Below, one piece after another: positions 28,872 to 36,389 of a stretch of 64,000 nucleotides of DNA; positions within the stretch are counted from its first letter, which is position 1, and each line of letters opens with the position of its first letter. The translations under genes were made by a program, and so were the position numbers. The notes below the pieces were generated by a model. The model saw only the letters and a list, made by a program, of their open reading frames with translations, was not told where the DNA came from and made no database searches. The stretch is from Nitrospinaceae bacterium (lineage in GTDB: Bacteria; Nitrospinota; Nitrospinia; Nitrospinales; VA-1): positions 6,074 to 70,073 of the forward strand of contig JALPWY010000004.1 in the NCBI GenBank assembly GCA_023271875.1, written 5' to 3'.

Positions 28872-29109
28872 AAAGTGGAAGCCCTTCTTTTCAACCTAAC
28901 TAGGGATGAAAGGTATCCCAGAAGGGCTTCTCGGGAGGGACAAGAGTTGCCCTTGACATAACTCTTGACCAAATGAAAATCGCGCTGATGAATAGCTCTA
29001 TTCACTTGTCGGCACAGTTTAGCGTTTCAACATTAAGCAACAATTAATTAGTAATTAATTGTCACTAATTAAGTTTGGGTAATTAAACTTTCTTAATTTA
29101 AAGGAGTAG
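28872..29109. repeat. ~240-bp non-coding module, copy 2
   Basis: This is the counterpart of 26985..27226. It contains the perfect hairpin GAAGCCCTTCT(28878-28888)/AGAAGGGCTTC(28920-28930) and the 58-nt near-identical AT-rich core at 29052..29109. An 11-codon ORF stub follows. Confidence 0.7.
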
Positions 29110-29280
29110 TTCAATGGATTTTATGAAAGCACAGTCACGTTTGCGTTAGATGACCACTGGGCTTCGTCCATTTTTTTCTTTTATAGGGACACAACCAAGA
29201 TTAAAATATAAACGGTAGGTTCGTATGATGCTGTAAATGGTTTAGTCCTTAATTAATAAGAAGGGAAGGCAGTAACGATT

Positions 29281-29424
29281 ATGGATTACATATGGAAAGC
29301 AATAGGCATTGTCTTTATAGTTACCGTTGTAATTTTTATTTATAACGCATTAAAAATCCAGCACGGTTCTGATCATTTTCCAAATCAAAAAGATGACTCT
29401 GAGAAAAAAGAAAATGATAAGTAG
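29281..29424 (+). CDS. small membrane protein (47 aa; holin-like size)
   Basis: MDYIWKAIGIVFIVTVVIFIYNALKIQHGSDHFPNQKDDSEKKENDK has one TM helix and a charged tail. It is below the ORF-track cutoff. Confidence 0.35.
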   Translation: MDYIWKAIGIVFIVTVVIFIYNALKIQHGSDHFPNQKDDSEKKENDK

Positions 29425-29559
29425 ATAAAACCAACTTATTAATTGATGATATTCACACGCAAAAAATAAAAATAATTGATCTCCAGATTACTGAAGATAA
29501 TATTGTTCTTGTACTAGAAGAGGATTAAAGAAAAAAACAAACCTCACCATACTTGGAAG

Positions 29560-30126
29560 ATGACACAATTTCTCGGACCCATGACGGACAAGCAGAAAAA
29601 GAAAATCCAAGCCTGTCGAAAAGCGGTCGAACAACATCCCCAAGATGCTGAATCTCATTTTGAATTAGGATTGGCCTGCCGCAAAGGGAAATGTTGGAAA
29701 GAGGCTGCGCAGGCTTATGAAATATCCATACGCCTCAATCCAAAAAATAAAAAGGCAATGCATGGGCTGGCAATCAGCTACAGGAAGCTTAAGCGATATG
29801 TCGATTCCATCGCCATTTGTCAGGGGATTTTACAGCTCGATCCAGATTATGCCAAAGTCTATTTCAATCTTGGTCTGGTTTATGAAGAACAGGGGGACTG
29901 GGATAAAGCCATTGCCCAACACCGTAAGGCCATTGACCTTAACCCAGATGATTATATGGTGCATTACAATTTGGCACGAGCGTATGATGCGGTAAAAGAC
30001 GGTTCCAAAGCAATTGAACATTTAAGAAAAACCGAGTCTATCGCCAACAAGGAAAACGATGCAAAAGCAAAAAATGAATCTAAAAATCTTCTGCTAGCCC
30101 TTTTGTACAAATATAATGAGCAATAA
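29560..30126 (+). CDS. TPR repeat protein
   Basis: 188 aa with four clear 34-aa TPR units (AESHFELGLACRKGKCWKEAAQAYEISIRLNP and following). Confidence 0.8.
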   Translation: MTQFLGPMTDKQKKKIQACRKAVEQHPQDAESHFELGLACRKGKCWKEAAQAYEISIRLNPKNKKAMHGLAISYRKLKRYVDSIAICQGILQLDPDYAKVYFNLGLVYEEQGDWDKAIAQHRKAIDLNPDDYMVHYNLARAYDAVKDGSKAIEHLRKTESIANKENDAKAKNESKNLLLALLYKYNEQ

Positions 30127-30445
30127 AGAGATTATTATTTTTGTAATTCTTGGTTGCCTTGTGGCTTGGGGAACCTATAGCCTTGGTAGTTGGCTTGTTA
30201 GTGATTTTAAATGTTGCGATTGATAACGCACTTGGTGGTTCTCTTGCATTTTTAACGAACCATCAAGTGGTCAGAAAAATGCGACAGACAGTTCGAGTTG
30301 CAAGCACTGATTCTCGATTCATTATGGATGAGGGTAATACACTCCCCTACCATTTTCGGTAGGTGCTTGAATAAGGCTTACTTAATAAAAAAGCAAAATA
30401 GAGGGCTTCTGGAGCCTCGAATCTTTCAAAGTAGGAGTGAATTTC

Positions 30446-30616
30446 ATGGTTAAGGTCAAAATAACTCGTGATTGCTCGATTAAAGGCAAGCATTACAAAG
30501 TGGGCGACATCGCTGAAGTCATTGAAAAAGATCCATATATCCTGAAAGGGATAGAAAAAGCGGTGGATTATGTGGGTTATTACGCACCGCCAGAGAAGAA
30601 AAAGGGCAGAAAGTAG
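30446..30616 (+). CDS. small phage-associated hypothetical protein (56 aa)
   Basis: SD GTAGGAGTGA, then MVKVKITRDCSIKGKHYKVGDIAEVIEKDPYILKGIEKAVDYVGYYAPPEKKKGRK. Its stop abuts the start of the gpFII-like gene (TAGATG). Confidence 0.45.
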   Translation: MVKVKITRDCSIKGKHYKVGDIAEVIEKDPYILKGIEKAVDYVGYYAPPEKKKGRK

Positions 30617-30922
30617 ATGGATTTGGTCGCTGACATCAGAACGATGCTCAACGATTTTGGTGTGTCTGCAACACTGACTGACGTGAGTGCATCAACATCA
30701 ACAACCGTTAAAGGAATTTTCTCAAACGAAAATGAGGAAGTCGATGTGGGTGATATTCAAGTTGAAGTGACTGAACCACATTTTAATTGTGTGTATGACG
30801 ATGTTTCTCATGCAGTAGAGAACGACACGCTTTTAATTGGAAGCACGACTTATAAAATTGCAGGTGTAATTAAAAAAGATATTTCTAGTTATGAAGCCAT
30901 TCTGATTCTTAAAAATTCATGA
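30617..30922 (+). CDS. phage head-tail joining protein, lambda gpFII-like
   Basis: 101 aa. FGVSATLT..STTVKGIFSNENEEVDVGDIQVEVTEPHFNCVYDDV.....NDTLLIGSTTYKI..V parallels lambda FII as I recall it (MGTSATITSGE..VIRGVFDDPENI.....VRVEGSSPSLFVRTDEV..L.RGDTLTIGEENFWV). Confidence 0.6.
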   Translation: MDLVADIRTMLNDFGVSATLTDVSASTSTTVKGIFSNENEEVDVGDIQVEVTEPHFNCVYDDVSHAVENDTLLIGSTTYKIAGVIKKDISSYEAILILKNS

Positions 30923-31074
30923 CGGATCATGTTGCTCGACAAATATTAGATCAAGTTGTAACAACTTGCACAGGACTTACCACCACAGGAACAAATGTTT
31001 TTCGTTCCCGTGTTCACACGATGATTGAATCATCGCTGGAGACCGAACTGGTTCGGGTGACAGTCCGACCCTAA
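30919..31074 (+). pseudogene. truncated phage neck/tail-completion-like gene (N-terminal 51 codons only)
   Basis: It has an ATGA overlap with the gpFII-like gene. MTDHVARQILDQVVTTCTGLTTTGTNVFRSRV resembles N-termini of tail-completion (DUF3168-like) proteins. The reading frame then ends and only short fragments follow up to 31177. Confidence 0.35.
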
Positions 31075-31177
31075 CAATGATGAATGGTATGGAACTTTCG
31101 CTATCGAATTAAACAATATGATCTGACGGCTCAAAAAACACTAGAAGTGAGATTTGGAGGACTTTCGGGAAAGTCAG

Positions 31178-31549
31178 CTAAAATACAACTTTAAAAGGGC
31201 CTTCGTGTATTGCCCCAACACCACAGACATACGTGTATCTAGTGTCAGGCATTAAAATATATACAATATATTGTGTTGTTAAACAAAAATCGTTAGCCAA
31301 CCACTTTTTTTCTAACAACTTGGTTTGTAAAGATTTAGGCGGTTTCGAATCTGTAGATTGTGGTTTTTTTGACTCTGGTAACTGACCAAAATACCATTCC
31401 CTATCGAAATTACTCAGAGGGACGAAATTACTCTGAGCGATTTTATTTTCTGATTGTTTTAACAGGGCACATCCACTTGATGATATAAAGAGAAATAAAA
31501 CAACTAACCAGACCACAGTGGATGTGGAATTTCTTCTAATTGTTTTCAA
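31178..31549 (-). CDS. hypothetical lipoprotein
   Basis: 123 aa with a signal peptide and lipobox (LFLFISSSGC). Confidence 0.5.
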   Translation of the reverse strand: MKTIRRNSTSTVVWLVVLFLFISSSGCALLKQSENKIAQSNFVPLSNFDREWYFGQLPESKKPQSTDSKPPKSLQTKLLEKKWLANDFCLTTQYIVYILMPDTRYTYVCGVGAIHEGPFKVVF

Positions 31550-31713
31550 AAAGAGTTCTCCGTACGACTCTTTTAGATAGGCTTTTGAACTACAGTCATT
31601 ATAACCTAATATCCGACGCTCCTATAATTCAAACTCACAATTCCTGTATAATAGTTTTAACAGGCGTGCGCTTATTTTATGTTAACTGATTATAAAATTA
31701 TCCTAATGACCTA

Positions 31714-31950
31714 ATGAATTACACTAAGAAATGTCAATGTGAGCATACAGACTACACCATAACAAGATGGACTATACAGTTTGACTATAAGTACAAAATA
31801 GAATGCACATGTGGTAGTTTTATCAAATTCGCAACTAAAGAAGACGTCGATATTTACAATGAACGATACAATAAGAGTGTTGAGTTTATAAAGGGCAGGG
31901 AGTGGCTAGGAAGGAAACCTACAGTTCATGGGAAACCTCAAACCAACTAA
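31714..31950 (+). CDS. hypothetical Cys-rich small protein
   Basis: 78 aa with CQCEH...CTCGS, possibly a zinc ribbon. Confidence 0.4.
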   Translation: MNYTKKCQCEHTDYTITRWTIQFDYKYKIECTCGSFIKFATKEDVDIYNERYNKSVEFIKGREWLGRKPTVHGKPQTN

Positions 31951-32317
31951 GGGGGTGAACCACATGACAATCTGTCCCATCGCCCTGGCGGTTGGATGTG
32001 AAAAATGTCCCGCATTCAAACTCTGTCCACTTACTTACGTCCTTGGTGATCAGCAAGAAGAAGATGAAGTTGATTCGTCAAATAAAGTTTGGGAAGAAAG
32101 TTTCCCAACGGCAGATGAACATCTTGATAAAATGGAGGATAAGTACCAAAAATACGCAGAGGAAGAACTCGAAAAAAATACCAAACAAATGGAGTCTTTT
32201 AAAGGTGAAGATGCAGAAGTGATTCCAGAAAAGAAGAAGCTGACAAAAGATGAACGGATTGCGCTTATTAAGAAAAGCACAGAAAAGAAATCAGCTGACG
32301 ACAATGAAAGTTGGTAG
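31928..32317 (+). CDS. hypothetical protein with a Cys-rich N-terminus and an acidic/Lys-rich tail
   Basis: 129-aa track ORF. A more likely start is the internal Met at about 31964 (MTICPIALAVGCEKCPAFKLCP). The remainder is a low-complexity charged helix. Confidence 0.4.
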   Translation: MGNLKPTKGVNHMTICPIALAVGCEKCPAFKLCPLTYVLGDQQEEDEVDSSNKVWEESFPTADEHLDKMEDKYQKYAEEELEKNTKQMESFKGEDAEVIPEKKKLTKDERIALIKKSTEKKSADDNESW

Positions 32318-32569
32318 AGAGTAATCTCAAATTGGGAGGTCGCTTAACCATGAAATTCAATACACCAAATTTAGCACTGGTTATAGTTTTTCAGTTATTT
32401 ATAGTGGGAGCAACATTATCTATCACTGCAACCAAGGCTGGAGCAAACGATGAAGTCCGCTCAATATACAATCCTCTATAGTTGCAAGTGCGAAATCAAT
32501 TTCTCTTACTGTACTCAGACACATATTTGGAAAAAGATAGACCCATCACTAAAAAATAAGATATGAAAG

Positions 32570-32830
32570 TTATTTATTACCTATTCCAAACCAAGCCCCA
32601 ACTGCAGTAAGCGAAGCCACAACAAACACCCCAACGGCCTTCAGAGTTTTATAACTTGTTTGGATTTGACCGACCCTCTGATGGACACGCACGATAGTTT
32701 TGGCATTACCTTCCGATTCCTTGCCATATTGTGAAAGTAACTCATCGATTCGCTTAAAGCGTAGTGCTTCAAGCTCCTCATGACTTTCAAACTTCTCGTG
32801 AATGAACTCTTTCAGGTTTTTAATCTCATT
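32570..32830 (-). pseudogene. 5-prime-truncated ORF (86 codons, no start) with a C-terminal TM helix
   Basis: The reverse strand reads NEIKNLKEFIHEKFESHEELEALRFKRIDELLSQYGKESEGNAKTIVRVHQRVGQIQTSYKTLKAVGVFVVASLTAVGAWFGIGNK*. It is open from the stop at 32831-33, but I see no ATG, GTG or TTG near its 5-prime end, only an internal GTG too far downstream to start it. Confidence 0.4.
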
Positions 32831-33188
32831 TCATTCTGAAATGGGTGGAATTTTAAATTGGGCAGTTGAGGGGTGCATTAAATGGCAAAAGGAAGGTCTT
32901 TTAAAACCAGAATCAGTGCTCGAAGCTACCCAAGATTATAAAACTGATGTTGACCCCACCAGTTTATGGGTTGAAACACGCTACACAGGAAATGAAAAAG
33001 ATAGTGTCCCGACTGGTTTGCTATTTGATGACTACATGAAACTTGCGAGAGATAACGAAATTACCTTACCAGAGAATTTTGACTCTCTCCGTTTTGGCAG
33101 AACGATTATGAAAAAGTTTAAATCGAAGGCAAGAAGGGTCGATGGTTCCATCGCTAAACATTATTTTGGCTTCAAATTGCAAAATTGA
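32802..33188 (+). pseudogene. C-terminal stub of a P4-family phage/plasmid primase
   Basis: GGILNWAVEGCIKWQKEGLLKPESVLEATQDYKTDVDPTSLWVETR.......VPTGLLFDDYMKLA matches the conserved C-terminal region of P4-alpha/D5-type primase-helicases. The primase and helicase domains are absent. Confidence 0.6.
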
Positions 33189-33194
33189 TAAGGG

Positions 33195-33458
33195 GGTGTA
33201 ACCCGTTAAATAATTCTATTTATTAGGTGTAACCAATGTAACCAGTTATTTACATTCTTTCGCCTGGAGATGTAAAAAAAAAAATAAAAATACATATAAG
33301 GGCAAAAATATAGAAAGCAATGGACAGAAGCGGTTACACAGGTTACATCATTATTTTACAAATAGTTAACTAGTTACACACAACTTACACACAGCTTACA
33401 CACAGCTTACACACAGGTTATACGCAGGATAGTGAACAAATTATACACAGGTTACACG
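33195..33458. repeat. iteron array with an A-rich tract: putative replication origin of the element
   Basis: GGTGTAACC/TGTAACC occur at 33195-33250 in inverted orientation. An A-rich tract spans about 33270-33320. Then come GGTTACACAGGTTACA, AGTTACACACA, three 11-bp phased CTTACACACAG units (33384-33416), GGTTATACGCAGG, and ATTATACACAGGTTACACG up to 33458. Confidence 0.65.
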
Positions 33459-33530
33459 CTGTTGCTTTACGAGAAGATAATTTTAAACGGAGAAACCATA
33501 GTCGTAGTTTTTAAATAAAAGGAGCAAAAG

Positions 33531-33718
33531 ATGCACGAGAAAAATATCCCAACACCCCTATCTATTCTATTCGAGAAATTGAAGCTCTCGAAGGGTTGGA
33601 AAAGGTGGAGCAACGGTTGTTGCAAGAAGCACGCAGAATCTTCGGAGGACAAATCTTCACCGAAGAATTTTTTAACAAACGCTACAAAAAATGGAAGGTA
33701 AAAAAACAGAATGGCTAG
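33531..33718 (+). pseudogene. small gene apparently frameshifted by a 5-bp tandem duplication
   Basis: A strong SD (AAAAGGAGCAAAAG) precedes ATG 33531, giving MHEKNIPTPLSI. At 33561-33570 TCTATTCTAT (TCTAT x2) shifts the frame by +2. The downstream frame reads REIEALEGLEKVEQRLLQEARRIFGGQIFTEEFFNKRYKKWKVKKQNG* and ends in ATGGCTAG, overlapping the next gene start. Confidence 0.35.
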
Positions 33719-34154
33719 AAACAGAGCGTTTGATGATAAACTGGATGAATTAAAAATGTTGCACTATGCTAAAAATCACGATTACGCAACGGAAGAAAAT
33801 CCCTACAAAAATTTAGAGGGAGTAACTCGTATAGGAATCGAGCCTTGGCGTGGAATTGTAATTCGTTTGATGGATAAATTCGAGCGGGTTGAGCAATATT
33901 GCTCAAATGGTGAATTGGCAATCAAGAGTGAAGGGATGGAAGACACATTTAAAGACATCGCAGTTTATTCAACATTGGCAATGATTCTATTTCGTAAGCA
34001 ACAAGATGACACAACACAAGAGTTGACTGAAGTTGAAAGAGGTAAAGATGCTGAGAATGATGAAGATAAATTTTGGGCTAAAGAAATAAAAAAAAACGAA
34101 GAGTTTGCACGTAAAGCAGTTATGAAATGGAGCGAAAACGGTGCAATCTCTTAA
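33711..34154 (+). CDS. DUF1599-like (nucleotide-modification-associated) phage protein, tentative
   Basis: 147 aa. AKNHDYATEENPYKNL.......GIEPWRGIVIRLMDKFERVEQY........E...DTFKDIAVYSTLA matches my recollection of the DUF1599 pattern (K..DY...f......g....vRl.DK..R......D...D...Y). Confidence 0.4.
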   Translation: MARNRAFDDKLDELKMLHYAKNHDYATEENPYKNLEGVTRIGIEPWRGIVIRLMDKFERVEQYCSNGELAIKSEGMEDTFKDIAVYSTLAMILFRKQQDDTTQELTEVERGKDAENDEDKFWAKEIKKNEEFARKAVMKWSENGAIS

Positions 34155-34399
34155 ACATGACTAATCGAAAAATACAAATATGCCCTCTGCTTGCAATAGA
34201 GCTACAAAGATCGTGTGGGTTCATGGGCACGGTCAATGTAGCTTTTGCGGGGAAGGGACTTTACAAAATAATCACATAAAGAACCCAAGCAATGAAGTCA
34301 AAAAACAGGAATGCAAAAACAATGGTGAAGCGTTCTTGAGTAAGTTTGTTGGATAGGGTCTTTTTCTTTCTCTTTATTTTTTTTCTCCTTAATTTGGGT

Positions 34400-34624
34400 T
34401 TATGCGACCTCTTTTTCGCTTGGTTCAAACCTAACAGGTGGTTTCACTTTAAAAGGGAAATCATCGAAGCCTATAGGGTATAACATTTTGTTCACTTCAT
34501 CGATTAAGAGAACATTTTGTGATGCCAATAAAGTTCGCCTTCGCGCAGCAGACCGAACAATAGGACTAATACAGATGTTTTTTTTATGACGCTTTGAGTT
34601 CTGTTTTTCTTTTTGGGTATTCAT
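34400..34624 (-). CDS. hypothetical small basic protein (74 aa)
   Basis: ATG at 34624 with SD AAGGAG 9 nt upstream. It is preceded by inverted-repeat cassette A. Confidence 0.4.
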   Translation of the reverse strand: MNTQKEKQNSKRHKKNICISPIVRSAARRRTLLASQNVLLIDEVNKMLYPIGFDDFPFKVKPPVRFEPSEKEVA

Positions 34625-34639
34625 AAGATTGATCTCCTT

Positions 34640-34746
34640 TCTTAGGGAGGAAGGAAGTCCATTGAATGAAAGTGTTGAAATAGGGAGGGAGTCTACAGGA
34701 TTGAGAAATTTGTGAAATGAAAAGTACCTTCAGTCAACGGACTTCC
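34640..34746. repeat. inverted-repeat cassette A upstream of 34400..34624
   Basis: The arms are GGAAGTCCATTGAATGAAAG (34653-34672) and CCTTCAGTCAACGGACTTCC (34727-34746). They are 17 of 20 complementary. The whole unit is homologous to cassette B. Confidence 0.6.
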
Positions 34747-34767
34747 GCAAAATAGGGTTCTAATACG

Positions 34768-34875
34768 CTAATAGGTATACATGAAAGCAGCTATCGCCCA
34801 ACCTATTAACATTGATCCCACATAATGGTACCAAGGTGATCTCGTACTTGCGCTATATCCAGCCATGTCGTTCAT
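34768..34875 (-). CDS. small hydrophobic peptide (35 aa), candidate membrane-active peptide
   Basis: SD AAGGAGAAAAAAATG, then MNDMAGYSASTRSPWYHYVGSMLIGWAIAAFMYTY. It is below the ORF-track cutoff and is preceded by cassette B. Confidence 0.35.
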   Translation of the reverse strand: MNDMAGYSASTRSPWYHYVGSMLIGWAIAAFMYTY

Positions 34876-34889
34876 TTTTTTCTCCTTGA

Positions 34890-34978
34890 ATTAAGGGGAG
34901 TGGAAGTTCATTGAAGGAAAAAATCAATAACTACGAACTACCTACAAGATGAAATGAGGACACCTTCAATGAACTTCC
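34890..34978. repeat. inverted-repeat cassette B upstream of 34768..34875
   Basis: A perfect 16-bp inverted repeat: GGAAGTTCATTGAAGG (34902-34917) and CCTTCAATGAACTTCC (34963-34978), with a 45-nt spacer. Confidence 0.7.
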
Positions 34979-35041
34979 ATGAAAATGCTTGTAAAACATT
35001 AATAATAATATATCAAATAAGTCAAAATAAATCAATAGTTT

Positions 35042-35329
35042 ATGAAGATAAAGACAATACTAAAAAATCTTAAGCGTGGTGATGTAGTTTCAATCGATTG
35101 GATTGACGCGGGGGATCTTGATGATTCTCCATCCAGTTGGTTCTCTCGTCATTTCTTTGGTTCTTATTTGCTGAATTCAGGCGTTGATCCGTTGATGATT
35201 GCCAGTTTTATGGGTCATGCTTCGTTGGATATGCTTTTAAAAAGATACGGGCATTTCACGGATGAAACGAGGCGGGAAGCGATCTTAAAATTTGATAGGG
35301 GGTATGCAAATGGTATGCAAACCCAATAA
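35042..35329 (+). pseudogene. tyrosine integrase, C-terminal ~65 codons only
   Basis: SRHFFGSYLLNSGVDPLMIASFMGHASLDMLLKRYGHFTDE is the box II region (R-H..., G-H, catalytic Y) of a tyrosine recombinase. The N-terminal ~30 codons of the ORF are unrelated. Its 3-prime end faces the 3-prime end of tRNA-Gly, 35 nt away. Confidence 0.7.
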
Positions 35330-35363
35330 TGAGATTTTGAAAAACTTGTAAATCATTGAAAAA

Positions 35364-35439
35364 TGGAGCGGGAGACGGGACTCGAACCCGCGACATTCAG
35401 CTTGGGAAGCTGACACTCTACCAACTGAGCTACTCCCGC
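35364..35439 (-). tRNA. tRNA-Gly (anticodon CCC)
   Basis: The reverse strand reads GCGGGAGTAGCTCAGTTGGTAGAGTGTCAGCTTCCCAAGCTGAATGTCGCGGGTTCGAGTCCCGTCTCCCGCTCCA. It folds as a cloverleaf with a 7-bp acceptor stem and a GTTCGAGTC T-loop. The anticodon loop is TTCCCAA and CCA is encoded. Confidence 0.92.
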
Positions 35440-35567
35440 TTATGCTTTAGGTTTATGTGTTTTTAAAATTCTATCTTCTCCTTATCCGGTTTGATGGGGT
35501 TTTAAATGAGAATGCTATCTTAACGTTTCTGAAAAACACCCTGTCACACCTTATTTTTATATAGAAC

Positions 35568-36254
35568 TTAATTTATAAATATTCCACGATCCCAGTTTCC
35601 GGCGCGTACTTTTTCAGGAGTTGCTAGTACGCCCTCTCCATGAAATTGGTTATTAGAAAAATAGCCCATATAATGCCCACCTGCGGCGAATGTCATTTTT
35701 CCTTTGCCGTGCATTTTATTTTCAGAAACCGACCCTTCATATTTATCACCATTCGTAAAACTAAACTGTCCTTCTCCTTGTATTTTACCGAACCGAAATT
35801 CTCCTACATATACGTCACCATTTGGGTAGGTATAAATACCACGCCCATGAAACTGTCCACCTAGAGACATCCCTTCGTACTTAGTTCCATCGGGCCATTT
35901 CTTATCGATCATTTCAATAGTCTGAGTAGGTTGCGTGTCACCACTTCCCCAATTTGATGATTCTCGGTGATAATCATAGGGTGATGGTTCTTGATAGGCC
36001 TCCGAAAAACCACTTTCTTTATACTCTTCGTGATATTTGACTAATCGACTATAGGATTCAGTGAAAAGACGAAACATCTTATGAGCTTTTTCTTGGGCTT
36101 TTGGTTTATCCGACGGGAAAAGGTCAGGGTGCCATATTTTAACAAGTGTCTTGTAGGCATTTTTGATGCTATCGAGGGATGCACCGGGTTTTAACTGAAG
36201 AGCTTCATAATCTTTTTGTGCAGTATTTCGGTTAGGGGGCACTTTTTTTGGCAA
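35568..36254 (-). CDS. J-domain protein fused to MORN repeats
   Basis: 228 aa. The N-terminal DnaJ domain is DYEALQLKPGASLDSIKNAYKTLVKIWHPD (HPD present). The C-terminus has five or more MORN units (YEG....G..HG.G.....GD.Y.G.F). Confidence 0.85.
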   Translation of the reverse strand: MPKKVPPNRNTAQKDYEALQLKPGASLDSIKNAYKTLVKIWHPDLFPSDKPKAQEKAHKMFRLFTESYSRLVKYHEEYKESGFSEAYQEPSPYDYHRESSNWGSGDTQPTQTIEMIDKKWPDGTKYEGMSLGGQFHGRGIYTYPNGDVYVGEFRFGKIQGEGQFSFTNGDKYEGSVSENKMHGKGKMTFAAGGHYMGYFSNNQFHGEGVLATPEKVRAGNWDRGIFIN

Positions 36255-36275
36255 ACTTTTAATTTATTTAAAATA

Positions 36276-36323
36276 TGGTCGAGGATGAGAGAATTTGAAC
36301 CTCCGACAACTCGACCCCCAGCC
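36276..36323. repeat. partial copy of the tRNA-Pro 3-prime end (att-type direct repeat)
   Basis: TGGTCGAGGATGAGAGAATTTGAACCTCCGACAACTCGACCCCCAGCC aligns with 37821..37867 (TGGTCGGGACGAGAGGATTTGAACCTCCGACCACTCGACCCCCAGCC). There are 3 substitutions and one 1-nt indel. Confidence 0.75.
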
Positions 36324-36389
36324 AAAAGGTAACCTATAAATAATTATTTTGTATAAAGTTAAATTGATTTAAAAATATTTTTACCATAA

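Larger units (their letters stand above)
27413..35439. mobile_element. decayed integrative element (prophage/satellite-like mosaic) in tRNA-Gly(CCC)
   Basis: It is bounded by the 43-bp direct repeat. An integrase stub abuts the intact tRNA. The interior has a repressor, a lysis-type peptidase, a gpFII-like gene, a primase stub and iterons, plus several truncated or frameshifted ORFs. Confidence 0.8.

Noticed and set aside
30150-30362. 70-aa ORF after the TPR gene
   Set aside because: It has a non-ATG start, no SD and odd composition. A 35-aa overlapping ORF from ATG 30117 is equally unsupported, so I annotated neither.
33332-33458. TTACACA-type repeats as a possible CRISPR array
   Set aside because: The units are 7-11 bp, contiguous or nearly so, with no 25-40-bp repeats, no spacers and no cas genes. 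They are better explained as iterons.
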